The position numbers and the translations under genes are program-made. Under the pieces are notes generated by a model. It was given only the letters and a program-made list of their open reading frames with translations, ran no database searches and had not been told where the DNA came from. Shown here one piece after another: positions 1 through 9,375 of a DNA stretch of 64,000 bases (position 1 is the first letter of the stretch; each line of letters opens with the position of its first letter). This DNA comes from Acidobacteriota bacterium. GTDB lineage: Bacteria > Acidobacteriota > Vicinamibacteria > Vicinamibacterales > UBA8438. Where the stretch lies: contig VXME01000022.1 in the NCBI GenBank assembly GCA_009861545.1, forward strand, positions 18,225 to 82,224. The letters are read 5' to 3'.

Positions 1-88
1 TCGCCCCGGCGGTGGGGGCGTCAGTTCCAGAGCGTCGGTTGCCGGCGTCGGTGCAGGGTTGCGGAAGCGCGCACCAAACTCAGGGCGC

Positions 89-676
89 TCAGGGCCACAG
101 ATCGCCGAGGCTGAAGGTGAACGCCTCGAAGGGGCGGATGCGGACCGGGGCGTCGTCCTGCGCGGTCGCGATCAGCACCCACTCTCCCTCGCGCAGTTCG
201 AAAGCCTCCAGGGTGCGATCCGTCGGGTCGACCAGCCAGAGATGCCCGACCCCCTCCCGCGCGTAGACGGGGCGCTTGCCGTGCAGGTCGAACTTGCGGG
301 TCGAGGGCGAGAGTATTTCGCACACCCAGTCCGGCGCCAGCGTGCAGTACGCCGCGTCGGGATAGACCGGCATTCGTTCGCGGCGCGAGCCCGCCAGATC
401 GGGGACGAGGATGTCCTCGCCCAGGTGCAGCTCCGGTTCGTCGATGATCCACCAGCCGCCGGGGCCGCCGGCGTCGTGATCGAAGGGGCCGCCGATCTTG
501 ACGCCCAGGGATGAACTGGCTCGTGCGTGCGGCATGGCCGGCCGCGGGTTGGTGTGGAGCACGCCGTCGACGATCTCGGCTACGCGATGGGGCGGGGCGT
601 CGAGCACGTCCTGGTAGGTCGCCCGCGGTTGCGGGCTCGACTTACGCTGCCGTGCCGCCGTGGCTGCCGCGCTCAT
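89..676 (-). CDS. Uma2 (DUF820) family PD-(D/E)XK endonuclease-like protein
   Basis: Lies in minus ORF 89..823. I chose the internal ATG at 676 (MSAAATAARQ), which follows a purine-rich GGAGGAG/GAGGG run. The C-terminal core (VPDLAGSRRERMP...APDWVCEILSPSTRKFDLHGKRPVYAREGVGHLWLVDP) matches the Uma2 signature. Confidence 0.8.
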   Translation of the reverse strand: MSAAATAARQRKSSPQPRATYQDVLDAPPHRVAEIVDGVLHTNPRPAMPHARASSSLGVKIGGPFDHDAGGPGGWWIIDEPELHLGEDILVPDLAGSRRERMPVYPDAAYCTLAPDWVCEILSPSTRKFDLHGKRPVYAREGVGHLWLVDPTDRTLEAFELREGEWVLIATAQDDAPVRIRPFEAFTFSLGDLWP

Positions 677-797
677 TCCGCCCTCGTCTCCTCCCGCCAT
701 TGTATGCGACGGTCCGGAGCGGTCGAGGCACGCGTGGAGCCCGCCGGTCGCCTGCCTCGCCCTGCGCCGATATGGTGTACCGTGGACGGCCGGACCG

Positions 798-2510
798 ATG
801 ACCCGGGCCAACATCCTCAACACGGGAACCGCCAGCTACCTGGAGCTGATCGGCAACGGCAAGACGTACCGCGTTCCCCCGTACCAGCGGGACTACGCCT
901 GGACGCAGCAGGAGTGGGAGGACCTCTGGAACGACGTTGTCGAAATGCGCGGCGATCCCGAAGGTCGTCACTACATGGGCGCTCTGGTCGTCCAGACCCA
1001 TGGTGACCGCGAGTTCCTCGTCATCGACGGCCAGCAGCGGCTGGCGACCATCTCGCTGCTGGCCCTGGCGGTCATTCAGAAGCTGCGGCGCATGGCGGAT
1101 GATGGCGCGGATCAGGAGCGGAACCGGGAACGCGCCGCAGGGCTTCGCAACCGCTTCATCGGCGAGAAGGACCCGGCGTCGCTGGTCGAGAGCAGCCGGC
1201 TGCACCTGAACGAGACCGACGACTCCTTCTACCAGGACTACCTCGTTCAGCTCGAGGCGCCACTGAATCCCCGTGGCCTGCCGCAGTCGAGTGCGCTCCT
1301 GTGGAAGTGCCATCGGTACTTCTCCAGGCAGATCGATCAGTTGTTCGGAGACGCACGGGACAACGGCGAGGAGATCGCACAGATTCTGTCGGAGACCGTC
1401 GCTCGCCGCCTGCTTTTCATTCTCATCACGGTCGACGACGAACTCAATGCCTACACCTTGTTCGAGACGCTCAACGCCCGCGGCCTGGAGCTGACGGCGA
1501 CCGATCTGCTGAGGAACTACTTCTTCTCGAAAGTGCGTACGCCAAGCGACATCGACTCGCTGAAGCGGCGCTGGCAATCATTGATCGCGACCGTGACGCA
1601 GGAGGACTTCCCCCACTTTCTTCGCTTCCACCTCCTGCGCGAGGAGCCGCACATCCGTCGCAAGCGGCTGTTCAAGCTGGTGCGTGACCGCGTCCGGACA
1701 CCGGACGATACGTTCGCGTTCGTGAAGGCGTTGGAGGCCAACGCGGAGCTCTTCGCGGCACTGGCCGACGTCAACCACGGCTACTGGATGGATCTGCCCG
1801 CGGCCAAGCCGTTCGTCCAGGAGCTGAACCTCTTCGGCGCCCGGCAGATGACGCCGGTCTTCTTCGCCGCGTGGCGCGTGTTCTCGGACGACGACTTCGT
1901 CCGGCTGCTGAAGCTGGTAAGTGTCATGGTCTTCCGCTACTCGATCGTCAGCGCCTTGAATCCCAACCTGCTGGAGCGCGTTTCGCACTTGGCGGCGAAG
2001 GCTGTTCTCGACGGGCACGCGACCCGTCCCGGGGCGGTATTCGCACTGCTCCGGACAACCTACGTGGATGACGACCGATTCGAGAGCGACTTCGGACGGT
2101 GGACCGTAGGTACGAGAGGAAAGCGCAAGAAGCTCGCCCGAAACGTCCTTGCCAGGCTGGAGACGCATGCCGGCGATCGCAGAGTCGATCCCGAGACCGA
2201 CCCTGCCACCGTGGAACACGTACTGCCCGAGAACCCGGCTGGGGAATGGCCCGAGGTCTTCCCGGCAGACCGTTGGGATGCAGCCGTTTCCCGGCTCGGG
2301 AACCTGACCCTGCTTGAGCGAACGCTGAACCGAAACGTCGGCAACGCGGCATACCCGGCGAAGCGAGCCGCCTACGAGACGAGTGCGTACGTGCTGGCGA
2401 GGGAGATCGCCGACATGGCGCCGGAGGAATGGACGCCCGCGCTGCTGGAAGAGCGACAGCGGAGGCTCGCGGCGCGGGCCGTGCGCCTGTGGCGGTCGGA
2501 TTTCACATAG
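798..2510 (+). CDS. DUF262/DUF1524 protein, GmrSD/BrxU-like type IV (modification-dependent) restriction enzyme candidate
   Basis: Starts at ATG 798 (MTRANILN). N-terminal DUF262 motifs are present (YRVPPYQRDYAW, VIDGQQRL). The C-terminal DUF1524 His-Me finger is present (EHVLPENP ... GNLTLLERTLNRNVGN). Confidence 0.85.
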   Translation: MTRANILNTGTASYLELIGNGKTYRVPPYQRDYAWTQQEWEDLWNDVVEMRGDPEGRHYMGALVVQTHGDREFLVIDGQQRLATISLLALAVIQKLRRMADDGADQERNRERAAGLRNRFIGEKDPASLVESSRLHLNETDDSFYQDYLVQLEAPLNPRGLPQSSALLWKCHRYFSRQIDQLFGDARDNGEEIAQILSETVARRLLFILITVDDELNAYTLFETLNARGLELTATDLLRNYFFSKVRTPSDIDSLKRRWQSLIATVTQEDFPHFLRFHLLREEPHIRRKRLFKLVRDRVRTPDDTFAFVKALEANAELFAALADVNHGYWMDLPAAKPFVQELNLFGARQMTPVFFAAWRVFSDDDFVRLLKLVSVMVFRYSIVSALNPNLLERVSHLAAKAVLDGHATRPGAVFALLRTTYVDDDRFESDFGRWTVGTRGKRKKLARNVLARLETHAGDRRVDPETDPATVEHVLPENPAGEWPEVFPADRWDAAVSRLGNLTLLERTLNRNVGNAAYPAKRAAYETSAYVLAREIADMAPEEWTPALLEERQRRLAARAVRLWRSDFT

Positions 2511-2730
2511 CGGCGCCTCGACGTTCAGGGGTCCGTGAACGGATTCTCGTCTGCGGCCTTGCCTTCCCCCAGTTGCGTCGGCGTGCACCGCGCCGTCGGG
2601 AGCGTCGCCACGATCTCCGCGTGTCCGTTCCAACCGGCCGTCGCGGTTCGCCGTTCGGAACGGCGGGCGCCGCCGACCGGACGACGGCATCCGGCCCGCT
2701 GTGGTATAACCACCAGAGTACGGACAGCCT

Positions 2731-5715
2731 ATGGACATCTCCCGCCGCACGTTCCTGAAGGCCTCGGTCACCGGCGGCCTCGCGGTCAGCGCCCTCGGCT
2801 TCGATCTCCGGCCGGCGCAGGCTGCGGTCCGCCAGCTCAAGATCCGCAACGCCACCGAGTACCGGACCGTCTGCCCGTACTGCGCGGTCGGCTGCGGGAC
2901 CATCGCCTACGTCCACGGCAGCGGCGGCCTGAACACGAAGAACACCGTCATCCATGTCGAGGGCGACCCCGACAGCCCCATCAACGGCGGCACGCTCTGC
3001 CCGAAGGGCGCGTCGCAGATGGAGCTTGCGATCAGCCCGCGGCTGCGGCACCAGCCGCTGCTGCGCCGGGCGGGCGCGGCGGAGTGGGAAGAGGTCGACT
3101 GGGACACGGCGATGGACTGGTTCGCGCGCAAGTTCAAGGACTCGCGCGACGCCTCGTTCCGCGAGCGGGACGACCAGGGCCGCGTCGTCAACCGCGCCGA
3201 CGGGGTCGCCTGGGTCGGCAGCGCCACCGTCTCGAACGAGGACGCCTACCTCATCACGAAGACGATGCGCGCGATGGGCTTGGTCTACATCGACCACCAG
3301 GCCCGCATATGACACAGCCCCACGGTGGCCAGTCTGGCCGCCACGTTCGGTCGCGGGGCGATGACCAACCACTGGAAGGACATCAAGAACACCGATGTCA
3401 TCCTGGTGATGGGCGCCAACCCGGCCGAGAACCATCCCTGCGGGTTCAAGTGGGCGGTCGAGGCGCGTGACAACCGGGGCGCCAAGCTCATCACCATCGA
3501 TCCGCGCTTCACCCGCACGTCGGCGGTGGCGGACCGGCACATGCAGATCCGGCCCGGCTCCGACATCGCGGTGCTGGGCGGCCTGATTCGCTACGCGCTC
3601 GAGAACGACCTGCACCACGCCGACTACGTGCGCGCCCACACCAACGCGACGTTCGTCGTCGGCGACCAGTACGGCTTCGCGGACGGGCTGTTCGCGGGCT
3701 TCGACGAGGCCGCGAGCAACTACGACAAGACGGCGTGGGACTACGAGCGGGGCCCCGACGGCTACGTCCGCCGCGACCCGACGCTGTCGCACCCGCGCTC
3801 GGTCTTCCAGCTTCTGAAGCAGCACTACGACCGTTACACGCCGGAGGTCGTCGCCGACATCGCCGGCTGCTCGGCCGACGAGTTCCTGCAGATGGCCGAG
3901 ATCATCTGCTCGACCGGGCGCGCCGACCGGGTCGGGACGATCATGTACGCGGTCGGCTGGACGATGCACACGGTCGGCAGCCAGATCATCCGCACCGCGG
4001 CGATCCTGCAGTTGCTGCTCGGCAACATCGGCCGGCCCGGCGGCGGCATCAACGCGCTGCGCGGGCACGCCAACGTGCAGGGGGCGACCGACCACGCCAT
4101 CGTCGCCGGCATTCTGCCCGGGTATCTCAAGGTGCCGACGCCGCCGCAGCAGTCGCTGGCCGCGCATCTCGACGAGTCGACGCCGCGGCCGCTGGTGCCC
4201 GACACCGTCAACTACTGGGGCAACTACCCGAAGTTCTACGTCTCGCAGATGAAGGCGTGGTTCGGCGATCACGCGACGCCGGCGAACGACTTCGCCTACG
4301 ACTACCTGGCCAAGCAGGACGGCGACGCGACCTGGCTGACCATCTGGGACAAGGCGCACCAGGGGACGCTGGAGGGCTTCGTCACCCTCGGGTTCAACCC
4401 GCTGCTGGCCGGACCCGACGTGCCGCGGCTGCTCGACGCGATGTCGAAGCTGAAGTGGAAGGTGGTCATCGATCCCTTCATGCTCGACTCGGCCGAGTTC
4501 TGGAAGGCGCCGGGGATGGACCCGTCGCAGATCGACACCGAGGTGCTGTACCTGCCGTCCTCCCACTGGATCGAGCGCGACGGCTCGTTCACCAACAGCG
4601 GGCGTTGGGCGCAGTGGAAGGAGAAGGCGGTCGATCCGCCGATCGGCGTCCAGCCCGACACCTGGATCCTGTCCGAGCTCTTCTGGCGGGTGAAGGAGCT
4701 GTACCAGGCCGAGGGCGGGGCCTGGAACGATGCGATCCAGCACCTGACGTGGGACTACCTGAACCCGCGCGAGCCGACGATGGTCGAGCTGGCGAAGGAG
4801 ATCAACGGCTACGACCGGACCACCGGCCGGCTGCTGTCGTCGTTCGGCGAGCTGGCCGACGACGGGTCGACGACCTCCGGCAACTGGATCTACACCGGCA
4901 GCTACACCGAGGCGGGCAACCAGATGCAGCGGCGGGGCACCGCCGACCCGACCGGCCTCGGCATGCATCATGACTGGGCGTTCAGTTGGCCGGCCAACCG
5001 CCGCGTGCTCTACAACCGCGCGTCGGCCGACGCCGAAGGGCGCCCGTGGGATCAGAGCCGCGCCGGCATCGCCTGGAACGGGCGCGAGTGGATCGGCGAC
5101 GTCCCGGACTACGGCCGGACGACGCCGCCCGACGCGGCCGGCGCCTTCATCATGACCGAGGAGGGGGTGGCGCGCCTCTTCAGCAGCCACCTGGCCGACG
5201 GCCCGTTCTCGGAGCACTACGAGCCGGTCGAGAGCCCGTCGCCGAACGCACTGCACGACAACGTGCCGATCAACCCCGTCATCCGCTGGTACGACGGCGT
5301 GCGCGAGACGCTCGCCACGGGCGACGACGATTTTCCGTACGCCTGTACTGTCTACCGCGTCGTCGAGCGGGAGCACTTCGTCACGAGCAACGTGCCGCTG
5401 CTGGTCGAGACCATGCCGGACTTCTTCGTCGAGCTGCCCGAGGGACTGGCCGCCGAGAAGGGGATTCCCAACGCCAGCCAGGTGCGGGTCTGGTCGAAAC
5501 GGGGCGAGGTGCAGGGGACGGCCATCGTCACCAAGCGCATCAAGCCGCTGCGCGTCAACGGCAAGGTCGTCTGGACGGTCGGCATCCCCGTGCACTGGGG
5601 TTTCATCGGCATCACACAGGGGTCGATGGCGAACCTGCTGACGCCGTTCATCGGGGACGCGAACACGCGCTGCCCGGAGTTCAAGTCGTTCCTGGTCAAT
5701 ATCGAGCGCGCCTGA
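2731..5715 (+). CDS. fdnG: Formate dehydrogenase-N/O type alpha subunit, selenocysteine-containing (TGA 3310-3312 decoded as Sec)
   Basis: Track ORFs 2731..3312 and 3325..5715 share one frame and are joined by a TGA in the context HQARI-U-HSPTVASLAATFGRGAMTNHW. The protein has a twin-arginine signal (SRRTFLKAS), a CPYCAVGCG Fe-S motif and a molybdopterin oxidoreductase body. Confidence 0.93.
3313..3350 (+). promoter_or_regulatory. SECIS-like hairpin downstream of the fdnG UGA
   Basis: 3324-3330 GGUGGCC pairs with 3336-3342 GGCCGCC (7 bp, one G.U). The loop is AGUCU. The stem starts 11 nt after the UGA. The loop (GUC) and spacing resemble the E. coli fdhF/fdnG SECIS as I recall them. Confidence 0.6.
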
Positions 5716-5771
5716 TGGAGTACCGAGACCGGGGTCGCGCCCCGCGCCCGGAGGCAGTCGAGTAACCGCCC

Positions 5772-6674
5772 ATGGCAGACACCCTCTCCATCCGTCGCGT
5801 GTCGGCGACCCCGGACGCCTACATCCCGATCAGCGCCCTGCGCTCGGCCGGGCCGACCTACGCCAAGCTCGTCGACATCGGGGCCTGCATCGGCTGCAAG
5901 GGGTGCGAGGTCGCTTGCAAGGAGTGGAACGATCTCGGCGTCGAGCCGACCGCCAACTTCGGGAGCTACCAGAGCCACCAGGATCTGAGCCCGAAGACGT
6001 GGCTGCTGATGCGCTTCAACGAGGTGGAGGTCGACGGCAACCTCAACTGGCTGATCAAGAAGGACGCCTGCCTGCACTGCGAGGAGCCGGGCTGCCTGTT
6101 CGCCTGTCCGGCCCCCGGCGCCATCGTGCAGTACACGAACGGCATCGTCGACTTCAACCAGGAGAACTGCATCGGCTGCCAGTACTGCGTCACCGGCTGC
6201 CCGTTCGACATCCCGCGCTTCGACGTCCACACGCGCAAGGTCTCCAAGTGCAACATGTGCGTCGACCGCGTCGAGGCGGGGCTCGAGCCGGCCTGCGTGA
6301 AGACCTGCCCGACCAACGCCATCTCCTGGGGCAGCAAGCACGACATGCTGGCGCTGGCCGACAAGAAGGTGGAGACGCTCAACGCGCGCGGTTACCAGAA
6401 CGCGGCGGTCTACAACCCGGCCGGCGTCGGCGGCACGCACATGATGTACGTCGTCCCGCACGGCGACCGCCTGGCGGACTACAGCCTGCCGTCGGATCCG
6501 ACCGCGAGCCCGACGCCGATGACCGCGCTCGGGTTCCTCAAGCGGATCGGCGCGTACCTGATGGGCTTCGGCGTGCTCGGGGTGGTCGGCCACTTCCTGC
6601 GCTACGGACCCGAGCGGCTGGAGGAGCACGAGGATCACGAACCGCGCGGGGACGCCGGCGCACCGGCCGCCTGA
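5772..6674 (+). CDS. fdnH: Formate dehydrogenase iron-sulfur (beta) subunit
   Basis: Contains several ferredoxin-type Cys clusters (CIGCKGCEVACKEWN, CLHCEEPGC, CIGCQYCVTGCP, CNMCVDRV..CVKTCP) and a C-terminal TM helix. It directly follows fdnG. Confidence 0.92.
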   Translation: MADTLSIRRVSATPDAYIPISALRSAGPTYAKLVDIGACIGCKGCEVACKEWNDLGVEPTANFGSYQSHQDLSPKTWLLMRFNEVEVDGNLNWLIKKDACLHCEEPGCLFACPAPGAIVQYTNGIVDFNQENCIGCQYCVTGCPFDIPRFDVHTRKVSKCNMCVDRVEAGLEPACVKTCPTNAISWGSKHDMLALADKKVETLNARGYQNAAVYNPAGVGGTHMMYVVPHGDRLADYSLPSDPTASPTPMTALGFLKRIGAYLMGFGVLGVVGHFLRYGPERLEEHEDHEPRGDAGAPAA

Positions 6675-6699
6675 GCCCTCGGGCCGCATCACTGCTGAC

Positions 6700-7314
6700 A
6701 TGGCCGACCGGATACTCCAGCGCTTCGACTTCGCCGAGCGCATCGTCCACTGGGTGGTGGGCGTGACGTTCGTCCTCCTGCTGGCGACCGGCCTCGCGTT
6801 CGCCTACCCGGCGCTGTTCTGGCTGACCGCCCTGCTCGGCGGCGGCCCTTCGGCGCGGGTGCTGCATCCGTGGGTCGGCGTGCTGTTCGGGATCGGGATG
6901 GTCTTCATGATCGCCATCTGGGTCCGCGACATGTTCCTCAGCGACGTCGACTGGCGCTGGCTGCGCGCGGTGCGCGCCTACGCGACCCGGGATGCGGCGA
7001 ACGTGCCCCCGGCTGGCAAGTACAACGCCGGCCAGAAGATGTTCTTCTGGTTCCAGGGGCTGCTGGCTGTCGTCTTCGTCGTCAGCGGCGTGCCGCTCTG
7101 GTTCCCCGAGTCGTTCGGCGCCGGCCTCCTGCAGTGGATGCGCCTGGCGCACTACTTCGCGACCCTCGGCGGCGGCCTGCTGCTGATCGTCCACGTCTAC
7201 CTCGGCACCATCGCCTATCCCGGCACCGCCCGCGCGATGATCGACGGTACGGTCACCGAGCGCTGGGCCCGGCACCACCACCCGGGCTGGCACGAAGAGC
7301 AGACGCGACCCTAG
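6700..7314 (+). CDS. fdnI: Formate dehydrogenase cytochrome b556 (gamma) subunit
   Basis: About 200 aa with four TM segments. The N-terminus RFDFAERIVHWVV and conserved His residues are typical of FdnI/FdoI. Operon position fits. Confidence 0.88.
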   Translation: MADRILQRFDFAERIVHWVVGVTFVLLLATGLAFAYPALFWLTALLGGGPSARVLHPWVGVLFGIGMVFMIAIWVRDMFLSDVDWRWLRAVRAYATRDAANVPPAGKYNAGQKMFFWFQGLLAVVFVVSGVPLWFPESFGAGLLQWMRLAHYFATLGGGLLLIVHVYLGTIAYPGTARAMIDGTVTERWARHHHPGWHEEQTRP

Positions 7315-7424
7315 AGCTGTGAACCAGCTCCCGTCGTAGCGGCGGCGCGCGTATCCCGCAACGGGCGAGCGCCCCTTGTCATCGCCGGGAGCCCGCATCG
7401 TGCTTCCGGGCCGACGGCGACCGT

Positions 7425-7453
7425 GGAGCCGCGGGGAAAGGTGCGGCGGCTCC
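7425..7453 (+). terminator. GC-rich hairpin after fdnI (weak terminator candidate)
   Basis: GGAGCCGC (7425-7432) pairs with GCGGCTCC (7446-7453) around a 13-nt loop. No U-tract follows, so the function is uncertain. Confidence 0.25.
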
Positions 7454-7464
7454 GCGCGGCACCT

Positions 7465-7500
7465 CCATTTGTATATACTGTTTGTAGCCATATGTGGTGA
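7465..7500 (+). promoter_or_regulatory. AT-rich putative vapBC promoter/operator with direct TTTGTA repeats
   Basis: This is the only AT-rich patch in the region (CCATTTGTATATACTGTTTGTAGCCATATGTGG). TTTGTA occurs at 7468-7473 and 7481-7486, and TATACT is -10-like. It lies just upstream of vapB. Confidence 0.35.
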
Positions 7501-7516
7501 TGATCCGGGGGAGCGT

Positions 7517-7756
7517 ATGGTTGATCGCGCCAAGTTGTTCAAGAACGGCGGAAGCCAGGCCGTGAGGTTGCCGAAGGGATACCGCTTCGAGGGACAGGAA
7601 GAGGTGGTCATCTCCAGGGAGGGCCGTCGAGTGATCCTCGAGCCGTGCCGCCCGGCCTGGACCGCTGCGTTTCTGGAGCTTGCGGGCGCGGCGAGCGACT
7701 TCCCTTACCCATCCGATCTGCCGCCTGTCGAGCCGGGACCGGACTTCGACGAATGA
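7517..7756 (+). CDS. vapB: VapB antitoxin, AbrB/SpoVT-type (VagC-like)
   Basis: The N-terminus MVDRAKLFKNGGSQAVRLPKGYRF is a swapped-hairpin AbrB-type motif. The protein is 79 aa. Its stop overlaps the vapC start (ATGA at 7753-7756). Confidence 0.88.
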   Translation: MVDRAKLFKNGGSQAVRLPKGYRFEGQEEVVISREGRRVILEPCRPAWTAAFLELAGAASDFPYPSDLPPVEPGPDFDE

Positions 7757-8166
7757 GATACCTGCTCGACACCAATGTCTGCGTCGACTACTTGACCGGC
7801 CGGTATCCGTCGGTCGCCGCCCGATTGCGCACGCTGGGTCCCGCCATGGTGTGCCTGTCGTCCGTGGTCGTGGCGGAACTGCGCTACGGGGCCGACAAGA
7901 GCGCACAGCCGCGGCGCAACCACCGGATGCTCGATGCCTTGACCGCAGAGATCTCCTGTCGGGCATTCGATTCCGCGGCGGCGGCGTCCTACGGAAAGGT
8001 GCGTACCGACCTCGAACGGCGCGGCCGGCCCATCGGTCCCAACGACATGCTCATCGCGGCGCATGCCATGTCTCTCGGACTGGTGCTCGTGACGAACAAC
8101 GTCCGCGAGTTCGGCCGGATAGATCGGCTGAACCTGGAGGACTGGCGGGAAGCTCCCGAATCATGA
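7753..8166 (+). CDS. vapC: VapC PIN-domain toxin
   Basis: MRYLLDTNVCVDYL ... VVVAELRYGA ... PNDMLIAAHAM ... LVTNNVREF gives the canonical PIN acidic residues. It is translationally coupled to vapB. Confidence 0.9.
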   Translation: MRYLLDTNVCVDYLTGRYPSVAARLRTLGPAMVCLSSVVVAELRYGADKSAQPRRNHRMLDALTAEISCRAFDSAAAASYGKVRTDLERRGRPIGPNDMLIAAHAMSLGLVLVTNNVREFGRIDRLNLEDWREAPES

Positions 8167-9047
8167 CCCCGTTCGCAGTCTGGTCACGACGCCGGCAGCG
8201 CGTCGCGCGCCTGCGCGCCGAGCGTCCGCACGCTGCGGAGCTGCTGGCGTTCTACGACGATGTACTGGCCTTGCAGGAGCCGCTTTACGCCAAGGCGGTG
8301 AAGTCCCGCTGGTTGGGGGCGGTGGAGGCGAATGATGGCCGCGGGCCGCGACTCCGTCTCGAGCGTCTGCCGGGTCGGCCTCGCGAGCGGGATTTTTCCC
8401 GTTTCGTACGCGCCCTCCCGGCATCCGCGACGGAGGTGCTCAGGGCGCTGGCGTCGCGGCTGGCGTTGGAGCCCACGGCGATGTCGGAGTTGCTGACCGC
8501 CGTGCTCGGGCGGGATTCGATCGATGCTGTGGCTGCCCGGCTCGACTGTGACGCCGCCGCGCTGGAGTTCTTCCCCCGTGCCTTTGTCCAGCCGGTCGCC
8601 GAAGCGCTCGCGACGCAGGCGTTTCGCGACTCCAACGGACCTCCGAGTGGCGATTGGGACAGCGGAGTCGCCGGGAAGGACGAGAGCGCCTCATGTCCGT
8701 ACTGCGGCGCGTTGCCGGTCGCCGCGGTGTTGCGCGACGAGCCGGAGATCAAGGGTCGGCGGACGCTGCTGTGTTCGCTGTGCCTGGCCGAGTGGACGTT
8801 CCCGAGGACGCGCTGTCCCGCGTGTGGCGAGGACCGGGCGGACAAGCGCCCGCATCACGTATCGGAGTCCTGGTCGCACGTTCGCGTGGAAGAGTGCGGG
8901 TCATGCGGGACGTATATCAAGGCGGTCGACCTGCGCGAGTTCGGGCTCGCGGTGCCGGTGGTCGACGAGCTGGCGTCCGTGGATCTCGATCTGTGGGCGA
9001 GCGGGCAGGGACTGTCCAAGCTGCAGAAGAACCTGCTCGGGCTGTAG
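8163..9047 (+). CDS. fdhE: Formate dehydrogenase accessory protein FdhE
   Basis: The ATG at 8163 overlaps the vapC stop (ATGA). Four CxxC pairs are present (CPYCG, CSLC, CPAC, CGSCG). The length and motif layout are typical of FdhE. Confidence 0.85.
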   Translation: MTPFAVWSRRRQRVARLRAERPHAAELLAFYDDVLALQEPLYAKAVKSRWLGAVEANDGRGPRLRLERLPGRPRERDFSRFVRALPASATEVLRALASRLALEPTAMSELLTAVLGRDSIDAVAARLDCDAAALEFFPRAFVQPVAEALATQAFRDSNGPPSGDWDSGVAGKDESASCPYCGALPVAAVLRDEPEIKGRRTLLCSLCLAEWTFPRTRCPACGEDRADKRPHHVSESWSHVRVEECGSCGTYIKAVDLREFGLAVPVVDELASVDLDLWASGQGLSKLQKNLLGL

Positions 9048-9093
9048 CAAGGATGACTTGCATGACCTGCGCATAGAGACCACACTGGTCACG

Positions 9094-9375
9094 ATGAGCA
9101 CTGTATCGGTATCCGAACTGAAGTCGCACCTGTCCCGCTATCTTCGAGAAGTCCGTCGCGGTGGAGAGGTGGAGATTCTCGACCGAGGCGCGCCCGTCGC
9201 GAGACTCGTGCCTCCCGAAGCCGGAGACGGCCGGGGAATCCGCGAACGGCTGATCGCCGGCGGCCTGTTGAAGCCGGGTGCGGGAGGCGCTGCAGCGATA
9301 CTGGAGTCGGAGCCGCTGGCGTTGCCGGTCACCCTCTCGGAAGCGCTGGCCGAGGACCGGGCGGATCGGATTTGA
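9094..9375 (+). CDS. Phd/YefM-type antitoxin
   Basis: MSTVSVSELKSHLSRYLREVRRGGEVEILDRGAPVARLVP is a prevent-host-death family N-terminus. Its stop overlaps the TTG start of the next PIN gene (TTGA). Confidence 0.82.
   Translation: MSTVSVSELKSHLSRYLREVRRGGEVEILDRGAPVARLVPPEAGDGRGIRERLIAGGLLKPGAGGAAAILESEPLALPVTLSEALAEDRADRI

Noticed and set aside
2503-5595. 1030-aa ORF on the minus strand covering fdnG
   Set aside because: It is antisense to a gene with unambiguous FdnG motifs. Its translation is R/G/A/P/V-rich with no recognisable motif. This is a typical high-GC shadow ORF.
7680-8162. N-terminal 161-codon extension of the fdhE ORF (455-aa version)
   Set aside because: The extension overlaps vapB/vapC in another frame and has no FdhE-like sequence. 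The FdhE homology begins at ATG 8163.
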